A stretch of DNA of 64,000 bases from a virus, in the IMG/VR virus record IMGVR_UViG_3300037502_002145, positions 32,001-96,000 of that record; one strand, 5' to 3'. Each line of letters starts with the position of its first letter. The first letter of the stretch is position 1. A model generated the notes under the pieces. The model was not told the DNA's origin. It did not search any database and worked only from the letters and a program-made list of their open reading frames with translations. This document shows, in pieces, positions 21,867-31,718 of this stretch. A program made the translations under genes and the position numbers.

Positions 21867-22253
21867 TCAATTCTCCTTTCATTTTTCTAGAACCTTTTTT
21901 CTCTGATTTGGTTCTAACTCATTTTTAAAGAATGTAGTGTTTAATAGGGTTGTAGCGATTCGGATTTTATGGTTAAAAACATTAAAAGTTCTAAAATTTT
22001 TTACAAACCTAGTAAAATCAATGGTTGTAGCCTATACCCTTTAAGAGAGAAGGATATAAAAGTACTAAAATATAAAAATAATAATTATCTCTCTGAGAAA
22101 TGGCGTCTTTTTGCCATTTGGAAGAGACAGACATCGTTTGGCTTTTTCAAACGGTGGTTGCTATGTTTACACTAGTTATCCGTCTAAGATTAATTTTATC
22201 AATTTAACACCTCCTATGTTGAATAATTTTCAGTTTTATATTAATCTCATTAA

Positions 22254-22296
22254 ACTATATCATACCAATGATTAGGTTGTCAACAGTTTTATATTA
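22254..22296 (-). promoter_or_regulatory. SigA-type promoter for the left-arm operon, with abutting operator
   Basis: Minus strand TAATATAAAACT-G-TTGACA-17 nt-TATAGT. Confidence 0.6.
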
Positions 22297-22343
22297 ATTT
22301 CCTTAAATATTTTTAGTTCATTTTCTTTCTGTAGAGAAAGATA

Positions 22344-22430
22344 TAAGCCATTGTAATTCTATAGGTATATTAGTTATCCTTTTCATAGTTAAAATAGCTC
22401 TACCAAACTCACAGAAAGCCTAGGGATATT
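22344..22430 (+). repeat. 87-bp degenerate repeat, copy 1
   Basis: Aligns without gaps to 26587-26673 and 26776-26862 (TAAGC..TAGGTA-N7-TATC..AAAAT..TCTAC..TAGGGATATT). Confidence 0.7.
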
Positions 22431-22494
22431 CCTACATCATTATCTTAGGTGGTATTTCTATATAAATTGATAATAAGTACAAGCAGTTGATATT

Positions 22495-22600
22495 TTTCAT
22501 GTAAAATCATTAAATTACAGTCACATTTCATGTAAGTTTCTCATATAGTGTATTAACAAATCAAAATTATCAACAAATGTAGCATGATATTTCATGTAAT
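22495..22600 (+). promoter_or_regulatory. Candidate parC centromere/operator
   Basis: TTTCATGTAA occurs three times immediately upstream of parM. Confidence 0.45.
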
Positions 22601-22624
22601 TACATTAATTTTCAAGGAGGCTAT

Positions 22625-23545
22625 ATGAGTAAGATTAAAGGATTGGATCATGGTTATCTCTATACTAAGGACAATGAGAAGCGTATATTTAGGTCAGCAT
22701 TTACTAAGTCAGGTTTAGCTATGGGAGCAACATCATTTATCACTATTAATGGAGTTGACCATTCTGTTGGTACTGGTAATAGAACAATTTCATTTGATAA
22801 AACTGATTCTGATATGAATGAGGTGGGAACATTAACAATGTTAGCTATGGACGGAGACAATGATTATTATCTTGTAGTTGGATTGCCTATAAGCCAATAT
22901 CAATCTCAAAAGGATAAGTTTAAGAAAATGATTATGGGATACAACGATAGAGAAGTAATATACCGTGGTAAGAAGATGGATATTAAGATTAACGATGTAT
23001 ATGTATTACCACAGGGAGTAGGAGCATTACTTAGTCTTGATGAGTTAAAGGGTAATATCGTTATATTTGACTTTGGTGGTTTAACTATTGATATTGCCAG
23101 TATAGAAATTGTATATGGCAATCCAGTGTTGAAGAAATATGATACATGGACTGAGGGAATACAGAAGATTTATTCTAGAGTGGTTAATGCAGTTAATGAG
23201 AAATATAATCTAACACTTGATGTATCAGAGGCAGAGAATATATTAGTTAATGGTTTAACTTTATATGGGGAGAAAGTGTCAACTGATTTTCTTGAGCCAG
23301 TATTAAGACAATATCTTGACCCTATACTAACCAATTTCAAAGTTAACTTTACCGATATTAATTCACAAGTTTATCTATGTGGTGGTAGTGCTATTATATT
23401 TGAGAGTTTGTTTAAAACACATTTTCCACATGCAAGGTTAATGTACAATAGTCAATTTGCTAATGCAATCGGATATCATAAGTGTGGCTTACAAAAGTAC
23501 GGACATTTATGTGACATTAAACCACAGCCGATATGTAGGAGGTAA
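22625..23545 (+). CDS. parM: ParM/StbA actin-like ATPase
   Basis: GLDHGYLYTK, VVGLP, PQG, DFGGLTID, LCGG and FANAIG actin motifs. Confidence 0.85.
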   Translation: MSKIKGLDHGYLYTKDNEKRIFRSAFTKSGLAMGATSFITINGVDHSVGTGNRTISFDKTDSDMNEVGTLTMLAMDGDNDYYLVVGLPISQYQSQKDKFKKMIMGYNDREVIYRGKKMDIKINDVYVLPQGVGALLSLDELKGNIVIFDFGGLTIDIASIEIVYGNPVLKKYDTWTEGIQKIYSRVVNAVNEKYNLTLDVSEAENILVNGLTLYGEKVSTDFLEPVLRQYLDPILTNFKVNFTDINSQVYLCGGSAIIFESLFKTHFPHARLMYNSQFANAIGYHKCGLQKYGHLCDIKPQPICRR

Positions 23546-23550
23546 TTGTT

Positions 23551-23844
23551 ATGGGTAAGAAGAAAATTAAGTCTGAAGATGATAGGCTAAAAATTGAAGT
23601 GACATTTAAGAAAACAGAATTTGAAAGAGATTTGTACTCACGTATAGATATGAGCAGTATAATGATTGGTAAAGCAGTGTGGATGAAAATAGCAGCATTA
23701 GAGAAATTGGAAAGAGATGAGAATCAATCATTTTATAGGCAATCAGATGAATATAAAAATAATCAATATATTCAACAAGAACATAAAGATGATATTCCAT
23801 TAGCAGAAGAAGGATTAAATAACTTGTTGAGTATGTTTAGCTAA
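23551..23844 (+). CDS. Putative ParR-like DNA-binding adaptor
   Basis: 97 aa directly after parM; strand-helix-helix N-terminus (IEVTFKK..ERDLY). Confidence 0.55.
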   Translation: MGKKKIKSEDDRLKIEVTFKKTEFERDLYSRIDMSSIMIGKAVWMKIAALEKLERDENQSFYRQSDEYKNNQYIQQEHKDDIPLAEEGLNNLLSMFS

Positions 23845-23856
23845 AGGAGGTCTTCA

Positions 23857-25119
23857 ATGGCAGCAAAGAAAAGTTTTAAGAAGAATATCGTTACTAACAG
23901 TATGTATTCATTACTAAGTGGAGTTGGATTACAGGCTTTAATGCCTATGTTTGTTGAGAATGGAGGTGGTACTGAAAATCTATTGTTATATCTGTTAAAG
24001 GCATTTGGTATATTGGGTATATTCTATTATGCATGGACTTGGAGTAAATTTGATAAGCTATTTGAGAATTTAGGGCTAGGTATAGATGGTGCTTACCCTA
24101 TAATGAAAAGTAAGCGTAAGACAGATTATAGCGAGATATATAAGTTTACATTACCTAGAGGATTGAGTTTGGCTGACTTTGATAAGCATAAAGATGCGAT
24201 TGAACAATTCCTCGGCAGAAAGATAGATATTAAGTATACTTACAAGGAGATTTATATTGAGGTGTACAACGAGAATCAGAAGACGTTGTATGAATATGTA
24301 CCTACTAAAATTAAAGGTGAAGTTCCTATTATGGTGGGATATGACCGTAAGGGTGAATTACATGGTTGTGATTTATCAGATGGTGAACCACATATGGGTA
24401 TCTATGGAGAAACTGGTAGTGGAAAAAGTACCGTGCTTAGAGCTATAATAACCAATTTAATTCTTATGTCGAATGTTATACTTCATCTAGTGGATCTTAA
24501 AAATGGTGCAGAACTTAATATTTTCCGTAAGTCTAGTAAGGTTAAAAGTTTTTGTAGGAGTATTAATGAAACAGAAAAGTTACTCGAAGATTTAGTTTCT
24601 GAGGTTGATAGACGATATGATTTGTTTTATGAAAATGATGTTAAGGACATAAAAGAGTATAATAAAAAATTCAAAAATAAGAAAATGAATTATCAGGTGT
24701 TAGTTATAGATGAGTTTGCAGACTTAAAGCCAAAGTCCGATAGTATGAAGAGCTTAAAAGAACTAGGACGTAAAAGTAGAGCATCAGGAGTCCACATCAT
24801 AATTGCGACTCAAAGACCTTCATCTACAGTGTTAGATGGAGATATTAAAGCCAACGTAACCTCTATACTTGGCTTAAAAACCATGAATGGAACAAATAGC
24901 TCAGTAGCCATGGATGAAACTGGATTAGAAAAATTAAGAGGTAAAGGTCATGGTATATTTAAGCGTGGGGGAAAAGTTGAGATTCAAGCTCCATTCTTAG
25001 ATCCGGATAGAGCTAGAGATCTAATTAAGCATACGTTTATTGATAAGAAAGTTGAAAAAGAAGTCAAGAATGGTAATGTATCAGAGGATAGTATATTAGA
25101 GGCGGTGAGTAATTTATGA
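23857..25119 (+). CDS. FtsK/SpoIIIE-family ATPase with N-terminal TM helices
   Basis: PHMGIYGETGSGKS, VDLK, IDEFAD, RASGVHIIIATQRP motifs. Confidence 0.85.
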   Translation: MAAKKSFKKNIVTNSMYSLLSGVGLQALMPMFVENGGGTENLLLYLLKAFGILGIFYYAWTWSKFDKLFENLGLGIDGAYPIMKSKRKTDYSEIYKFTLPRGLSLADFDKHKDAIEQFLGRKIDIKYTYKEIYIEVYNENQKTLYEYVPTKIKGEVPIMVGYDRKGELHGCDLSDGEPHMGIYGETGSGKSTVLRAIITNLILMSNVILHLVDLKNGAELNIFRKSSKVKSFCRSINETEKLLEDLVSEVDRRYDLFYENDVKDIKEYNKKFKNKKMNYQVLVIDEFADLKPKSDSMKSLKELGRKSRASGVHIIIATQRPSSTVLDGDIKANVTSILGLKTMNGTNSSVAMDETGLEKLRGKGHGIFKRGGKVEIQAPFLDPDRARDLIKHTFIDKKVEKEVKNGNVSEDSILEAVSNL

Positions 25120-25676
25120 CAACTAGAGATAGTGCGATTGTTAATTTTCTAAGTGATTGTAAAGTGGCTAGAACATCTACAATTGCTGAGATATTCTTTC
25201 CAAGTCCACATGCGTGTTATAAACGACTACAGGTGTTGTATAAAAATAAAAAGGTTAAGAGGACGAGAGATTTTGTATCATGTGAGTATGTATATCATTA
25301 TAAAAAGAATCTACCCCAACAATTAACACATAGTTTGCTGGTTACTGACTTTTATCGTGAGCTGCATAGGAAGTGTGAGGTGTTAAGCTTTAAGATTGAG
25401 CCTGTAATGGATAATATACGACCAGATGCAGTATTTGGCTATAAGTTTCATGGTAAGCCTTATATGGGGCTATTAGAGGTTGAAATAAGCAATAAAGGAT
25501 TTAATAGTGGTAAGTATGAAAAATTTTATTCTAGTGGCGATTATAAGAAGTTTTTACCGGTTATGCCTACTATATTTGTTGTTGGGAATAAGGAGAAGAT
25601 TAAATTACCAAAGGACAGTAAAGTTAACTATAACGTAATAGACTTGGAATTTAATGAGTTTAGACTATATGTATAA
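25116..25676 (+). CDS. Replication-relaxation (Replic_Relax) family protein
   Basis: wHTH N-terminus, HSL, IRPDA, LLEVE, KYEKFY; overlaps the ftsK stop. Confidence 0.75.
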   Translation: MTTRDSAIVNFLSDCKVARTSTIAEIFFPSPHACYKRLQVLYKNKKVKRTRDFVSCEYVYHYKKNLPQQLTHSLLVTDFYRELHRKCEVLSFKIEPVMDNIRPDAVFGYKFHGKPYMGLLEVEISNKGFNSGKYEKFYSSGDYKKFLPVMPTIFVVGNKEKIKLPKDSKVNYNVIDLEFNEFRLYV

Positions 25677-25684
25677 AAGACTTA

Positions 25685-25722
25685 AAGGGTGGATGTAAAA
25701 TAATCCCCCCTTTATTTTTTTT
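25685..25722 (+). terminator. Probable intrinsic terminator
   Basis: AAAGGGTGGAT...ATCCCCCCTTT hairpin followed by a T-run. Confidence 0.5.
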
Positions 25723-25768
25723 GTTTATTTGTTTTAATATTGGACATACTGTGGGTGAGGTGAAGTCT

Positions 25769-26302
25769 ATGGAAGAGTTAATAATTTTAGTATTGATATT
25801 ATATTGTATGTATGCATTTGGTAATCAGTTTACTAAGATAGAATATCAAAAATTTAAGAATAATAAGCCAGTAGGAGATATTGGTGAGAAAATAGTTAAG
25901 AGTAGACTAGATAGATTATCTGATGAATTTGTTGTTTCTCATGATGTTTATTTTGGTAATGCCCAGATAGATCATCTAGTTGTTAGCCATGAGAAGAATA
26001 TTATATTTGTGATTGAGACTAAGATGTGGGGAGGTATTATTACTGGGGAATGTAATGATGCTAAGTGGGAACAGAATAAGGGTGGTCAGATTAAGTATTT
26101 AGATAATCCTATGATGCAGAATAAATATCATTGTAGGGTGGTAAGAAAGTATTATCCGGACTATAAAGTTTACAATGTTGTTGTCTTTGTGAGAAATACA
26201 AACGTACCAAATTACCCTAGCGTTATGAATGAGAATAATTTAGTTGATTATATTTATAGGGTATCTAAAAAGGTATCTAATAGGGTTATAATTGGGGTAT
26301 AA
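25769..26302 (+). CDS. NERD-domain nuclease-like protein with N-terminal TM helix
   Basis: GEKIV, QIDHLVV, FVIETKMWGG and NPMMQN motifs. Confidence 0.8.
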   Translation: MEELIILVLILYCMYAFGNQFTKIEYQKFKNNKPVGDIGEKIVKSRLDRLSDEFVVSHDVYFGNAQIDHLVVSHEKNIIFVIETKMWGGIITGECNDAKWEQNKGGQIKYLDNPMMQNKYHCRVVRKYYPDYKVYNVVVFVRNTNVPNYPSVMNENNLVDYIYRVSKKVSNRVIIGV

Positions 26303-26586
26303 ACAGATTGGTTGTCTATATCCCTACATATCTAGCTTTTATCATATTTAGGACAAACTTTATTAATCCTTTATCATCATTTTTACTGCTGCTACTACTT
26401 CCCCCTCTCTCAACCCTTTAGTCTGTGGTTTGCCTTTTCCCGTTTGCACACTCTGTTGTTTCCCAGTAGCGTACATTTATGTATTCATTCATTATAGTTA
26501 TAGTATTGACATAATGACGATGAATTATACTTGTTTGTAGAATGTAATATATGGAAATTTTAAAAGTAGTTTTATATGGGCTGTTT

Positions 26587-26862
26587 TAAGCGTTTATTTT
26601 TGTTTAGGTATAGTAGATATCCTAAAATGATTTAAAATGTGTCTACGGACGTGTAGGAAAGCGTAGGGATATTGTTATACATAAAGATTTAGTGTGGAGA
26701 TTAGATATTAGATAAATGAGATTTATATGCTGGTTGATTGTGGTAATTAAAATATATTAAATATTTGAAAGGATTTAAGCTAGTTTTATATTGTAGGTAA
26801 GGTTTATATCACCCAAGTGGTAAAAATGGCTCTACGGGCTTATACGGAAGTCTAGGGATATT
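26587..26862 (+). repeat. 87-bp degenerate repeat, copies 2 (26587-26673) and 3 (26776-26862)
   Basis: Gap-free alignment with 22344-22430. Confidence 0.7.
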
Positions 26863-27480
26863 ATAAATTAATTATATATGTGGTGATTACAATTAAGCAG
26901 ACCTTTTGGTAATATGATCTGCTTATTGTGTTGATGATAATTTGTGGGGAGTATATCAAAAATATCACTGGGATAGTTTAAAGGATTATTTGGGTTAAGT
27001 CAATGGTAATAATTTGAAAACTTCGGTGATGGTATAGTTTGAAGTTGGAGTTTTGTTAGTCGTGATAAGGGTTTGAGGGGATTTTATGGTGTGATATATT
27101 GGGTTAAGTTTGAGTGATAAAAGTTGTAAATTTGGGTGATTTGGGTATGATTCGGAGAAAAGCCAGTGTTTATAAGGGTTTGAGAGATTTGTGGTGATTT
27201 TGGTGAAGTCGGGTAATTGAGTAGGAAAAGTGTGGAGATGGTTGATTTTACTAGGGTTGTCGGATTTTAGGGTTGTATAATTATACATAATGGGAGTGAG
27301 TTTGGTGGGTGAGTTAAAATGGCTGGAATGGTTGATTTTAGTGGGTTTTACCGAAGTGGGTATCGAATAAAAATGGGGGAAATTTGGGGGAAATTGGGAT
27401 GGGAGTTGGATTTTTGAGGTAAGAGGTGAGTGGAATAGATAGGGGCTATTTGGCTATAGAAAAAGTGTCTAAAAATGTAA

Positions 27481-27497
27481 ATATACCCGGGGTATAT
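27481..27497. other. Palindrome at the strand-skew switch
   Basis: ATATACCC-G-GGGTATAT; G/T-rich sequence to the left, A/C-rich from about 27740. Confidence 0.55.
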
Positions 27498-27749
27498 AGA
27501 TAAATAATGTCATACATTAGTATAGTAATATATGATATTTACTAGTGTTTTAAAGGTTAATATGGTTTTATGTAATTTTACCATATTAACTATTATGTGA
27601 TATTAGTTGAATTGTGACAGTAAGTGGGATCAAGCTTAAAATGTATAGTATACTTTGCATTATTATCATTAATCTGGTATGGTTGATATTAATAATTGAC
27701 AGTGCCAGAGTTCGTTTTAGTCACTTTACTTTTTCAAGTTACTAAAAAG

Positions 27750-27845
27750 TTATCCACAATCTATCCACATTTCTATCCACAATATTCATCTCAATCACAA
27801 AAGTTATCCACATTATCCACATAGTTATCCACCGGTTTATCCACA
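27750..27845 (+). promoter_or_regulatory. Cluster of 7 co-oriented DnaA boxes (candidate origin)
   Basis: TTATCCACA at 27750, 27804, 27813, 27837; one-mismatch copies at 27761, 27773, 27825. Confidence 0.8.
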
Positions 27846-28264
27846 ATACATTATGAATAACTATTCACTATAAAGCATAATATTACATCTATGTATATCC
27901 TACTAATTTACTCAGATATAAACTTTACTGACTACTTACCACAATTCAGTCACTATAATATTCATATCAATTTACTATGCATACTATATATTAATAATCT
28001 ATTTAGACAACTATCGAATTAGTTTATCGCTCTAACCATAATCCTAACTGGAAATAAAATATATCAATATTAATCCAATACTATTATACCACACCAAGTC
28101 AACCGGTTACACCAAACTTGATCCAAAATCCATTCTATCACCTACAATATATAGTACCCAATCCCAAGTAATCCCACTCATAACCACTATATATAGCATA
28201 GCAAACTGCACAAATAATAACTATATATACCCAATATATTTGGTAATAATTACACCAATAAAAC

Positions 28265-28306
28265 TAATATAAAACTATAGACAAATAAGTTGAACTATGA
28301 TATAAT
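28265..28306 (+). promoter_or_regulatory. SigA-type promoter at the start of the right arm, with abutting operator
   Basis: TAATATAAAACT-A-TAGACA-17 nt-TATAAT with an extended TG. Confidence 0.6.
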
Positions 28307-28582
28307 AAAGATAGTTAAAGAAGAGATACACAAGTAACCAACAAACCCAATAAGTCGCAAGTCGCACACACTGTACAATGATAATTGAATATAGGTTTTA
28401 AATTAACAACAGTAATATAACACAATGTAATTATATCATACTAGCAACTTATAACTGAAATAATCTTGATACCTGAATCAGAGTAGGATATACACGAAAA
28501 GATGGAGGATAAAACAACAGCAAAAATAAATTGTTATGACTTGTTAGTATTAATAAATACATTGTAACAAACAAAAAATATA

Positions 28583-28984
28583 ATGGAGGTATTCACTATG
28601 AAAAGTAAAAATGAGAAATACAACTACATTATTACAAACTATGATAAATATAACCTTGAATTAACTAATGAGTATGACATGTTAATGCTGTTAAACAAAC
28701 TAGAAGCATACGGAGAAACATTAGATAGTTTACACGATCTTGACGGTAACATGGACGGTTTTTGTGATTTAGTAGTAACAAATAACAGTTTATACACTGA
28801 TTCAGAAGTTGCAAACGCCGTTATGGAATGTAATGCATTTTATGAAAGTAAAGAACAGTATTTAAAATATACAGAAGAAGAAGGAGAAGACTTAGAGTTT
28901 TTATCTGAATTATGGGATAATCAATTAGAAGATGGAACAATAGTAAAAACAACAGATGGTTATGTTGAATTAGCAATCGTATAG
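28583..28984 (+). CDS. Acidic hypothetical protein
   Basis: 133 aa ORF with GGAGG RBS; first sizeable gene of the early region. Confidence 0.55.
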   Translation: MEVFTMKSKNEKYNYIITNYDKYNLELTNEYDMLMLLNKLEAYGETLDSLHDLDGNMDGFCDLVVTNNSLYTDSEVANAVMECNAFYESKEQYLKYTEEEGEDLEFLSELWDNQLEDGTIVKTTDGYVELAIV

Positions 28985-29531
28985 AAAAGGGGTAAACAGA
29001 ATATGAAACGTGAAACATTGGAACAAATAGCAGTCGATATTTTATCTCTATCAATGGAACACAATGGAGAAGAAGATCAAATAATAGAAGAAGTTAAAAA
29101 CTTATCTGATGAAGAATTACAAAGATTTGTAAACGAATTATAAATTGAACTAACATTTTATTCATATTTTAGGAGGTACAGGCAATGAAAAAATATACCT
29201 ATAGTCAACTACCTGCAAGCGGTAAAAAATTAGCACTAGACAATTATCGTTGCATAGTTGAACGTAAAGCAAGTAATAAAGAAGCCCAAGAGTATTATAA
29301 TATGGGTGACGGTTACAATCCTATATTATTTAATAGTGAAGGGAATGAGGTAGACAACGATTAACAGTAAATAGAATTAAGAATTTATCAATATTATAGG
29401 AGGATCTATCCATGAAAGAAAATCAAATAATCGTAGGTTATAAAGAAGGCAAGAAAGTTAAAATTAAAGGTAGTAAGTTAAAATGGAACGTATTAGAACC
29501 TATTACCCTAACAGTTGTAAAATAGTTAGTC

Positions 29532-29580
29532 ATAGCATAACGGACGGCGTTTTAAATTGGTTCAATTCCAATAATGCTAT
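29532..29580 (+). ncRNA. tRNA-like half element (acceptor-like stem plus T arm)
   Basis: ATAGCAT/ATGCTAT stem enclosing ATTGG-TTCAATT-CCAAT. Confidence 0.4.
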
Positions 29581-29620
29581 TATGAAATAAATATAAAACA
29601 TAAAAGGAGATTAAGACAAT

Positions 29621-30289
29621 ATGAAAAACACTAAAATTTTAGAAATGATTAACAATGGAGAAATTGAAGAACTAAAAGCACTATTACAAGATGAAATTTA
29701 CAATGATACGCTAAACAGTAAAGCAGGATCAAAACAACGTTATGCGGCTATGAAACGTTATCAATCAAGTATTGGTAAATATGATAATGAATTATTTAAA
29801 CGTGTAGGCACTAACATTGATATTAAAGGAGAAAATTACAATTGTTTTATTGACGGTGTATGCCTTGCATTAACAACTGAAAACATTGGTGAACTAGAAA
29901 AACATGATAACAATAAACACGGTGAATATTTTAAAGTCGAAAGAATGATACCTGATTTATACATACCTCACGGTAAAGTTAATTATAAAGAAATTCTAGC
30001 AGAAGCAAAACAATTAGGATATAAATTCTCTAAGGTAGCTAAAAATAATAAAATCACTGTTAAAATAAGCAATGAACACTTAAACGTTGCTCTATTAGAA
30101 AAAGCATATAGCATAATAGATGATGGAGAAGAAGCAGAAATATTTATACCTAATGATAATGGAAAAAGTCCAGTAATATTTAAAACTTCAATTGGTATTT
30201 GTTTAGTGTTACCGATTAATATTAACAGCGATAATAATTTAGACTTAGTTATATTTGAAACAGAAATAAAAAATAAAAAAGTAGCTTAA
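29621..30289 (+). CDS. Hypothetical protein resembling the C-terminal domains of the beta sliding clamp
   Basis: FIDG, YFKVERMIP, LNVALL and SPVIF..LVLPI pattern. Confidence 0.4.
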   Translation: MKNTKILEMINNGEIEELKALLQDEIYNDTLNSKAGSKQRYAAMKRYQSSIGKYDNELFKRVGTNIDIKGENYNCFIDGVCLALTTENIGELEKHDNNKHGEYFKVERMIPDLYIPHGKVNYKEILAEAKQLGYKFSKVAKNNKITVKISNEHLNVALLEKAYSIIDDGEEAEIFIPNDNGKSPVIFKTSIGICLVLPININSDNNLDLVIFETEIKNKKVA

Positions 30290-30519
30290 TGAAATAAATA
30301 TAAAACATAAAAGGAGGTAATAATATTATGGATCTTGAAAAATTTTTAATAGAGTATGGGTTTTCAAATGAACAAATAAAAACACTTATAAAAAAACGTA
30401 CACTTAAAACAATGCACGGGGCTTATAAGTTAGATAAAAACAACAAGTTAACACTTAAAAGATATTAAATAGACTATAAAATCCTTGTTTTGTTGACAAG
30501 GTAGAAAAGAGGTAAACAG

Positions 30520-30711
30520 ATGCAAAACATTAGAAGAAAGTTAGTTGATAAACTTTGTCAGAACTGGAAATTTGATATAAATAATTTTGATAACATCATC
30601 ATTACAGTAAATAATAAAGGCTATTCAAGAAAAATATATAATCGTTTCTATCCTGAACATGCATATATTAATTTTAAAGGTGAAAAGTATTATTTTGAGA
30701 AGGAGAGGTAA
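30520..30711 (+). CDS. Hypothetical protein
   Basis: 63 aa with RBS. Confidence 0.45.
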   Translation: MQNIRRKLVDKLCQNWKFDINNFDNIIITVNNKGYSRKIYNRFYPEHAYINFKGEKYYFEKER

Positions 30712-30718
30712 ACAAATT

Positions 30719-30961
30719 ATGAAAACGGTTGATAATGATAAAATGACAATTACCTATGAAGATGAAAAGCTATCATGTAAGAAATTTATTTATTTAACTT
30801 ATGCAGATAGTAGCGACATAACATTTATCATGGAAGATATAATTGATATAAAATCAGGGCAATACGTTAGCATGGAAGTAAAAGGCTTTTTCTTTGGTGA
30901 ACCAACAATGGAAGGACTAAACGAATATTATAATAAGTTAAAAGCAGAATTCACATTATAA
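30719..30961 (+). CDS. Hypothetical protein
   Basis: GAGG RBS before ATG 30719. Confidence 0.5.
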   Translation: MKTVDNDKMTITYEDEKLSCKKFIYLTYADSSDITFIMEDIIDIKSGQYVSMEVKGFFFGEPTMEGLNEYYNKLKAEFTL

Positions 30962-30982
30962 AATGAAAGGAAATAATAATAT

Positions 30983-31180
30983 ATGATTATTCAAGCAAGT
31001 AAAACAGAGGAAAATATTTATTTCAACTATGGAGAAGTTAACGAAACAGATCTAGAAAAATTAAAAGATATAGCAGAAGACATATTTCCTATACTGTGCA
31101 ATTCATGGAATTGCGATGATATTACATTCAGATTTGTAAATAACAAAAAAATAATCGATACATTTAGATTATGGAGTTAA
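30983..31180 (+). CDS. Hypothetical protein
   Basis: 65 aa with AAAGGA RBS. Confidence 0.45.
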   Translation: MIIQASKTEENIYFNYGEVNETDLEKLKDIAEDIFPILCNSWNCDDITFRFVNNKKIIDTFRLWS

Positions 31181-31444
31181 ACAGAAACAGTAAACAAAAC
31201 AATTATTTGATTTAAATAGAAGGAGTTTAACATGATAACAAAAAGTGATATAGAAATGAAAACTTATGCAATATGGAAAGATCAGAAAGTAATAGGTTAT
31301 ATTGAACTAACAGAAGAACAAGCAAACAAATTAAACAGTAATCCTTTAACTGGTTTATATTTTGGTTTTGACAGAGTAACGAATCCAGAAAAGTATGTAC
31401 ATTAATAGAAAGGCTATTTGATCTTATAAGGAGGTTATAAAACA

Positions 31445-31681
31445 ATGTTTGAAATTGACAAAGATTATTTTGCAGACAATCCGCGAAATTATGATGATTG
31501 GATTAAGTATCCGATTACAGTATTCAAAAGAACAAAAAATTATTTATGGATTTACCACAAACACACGTTAAAAGATGAAGAGACTATAAGCGAGGATAAG
31601 TGCAAAAAGGTTAAAATTTATATGACAAATGGAGGATATGAGGGAATAAAAGTTAATGATGCATATTTTTATGCAGCATGA
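31445..31681 (+). CDS. Hypothetical protein
   Basis: 78 aa, AGGAGG RBS, bounded by junction palindromes. Confidence 0.55.
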   Translation: MFEIDKDYFADNPRNYDDWIKYPITVFKRTKNYLWIYHKHTLKDEETISEDKCKKVKIYMTNGGYEGIKVNDAYFYAA

Positions 31682-31718
31682 AAGGGTTATTTTATCACTA
31701 GGAAGGAGATATTGAACA

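Noticed and set aside
16297-22296. GTTTTATATTAA resembles the start of Clostridioides type I-B CRISPR repeats (possible solitary repeat units)
   Set aside because: The similarity stops after about 12 nt and there is no regular spacing. It is simply the reverse strand of the operator motif.
26995-27288. 97-aa minus-strand ORF in the skewed region
   Set aside because: It is a by-product of extreme G/T skew (P/T/N/L-rich) and has no recognisable domain.
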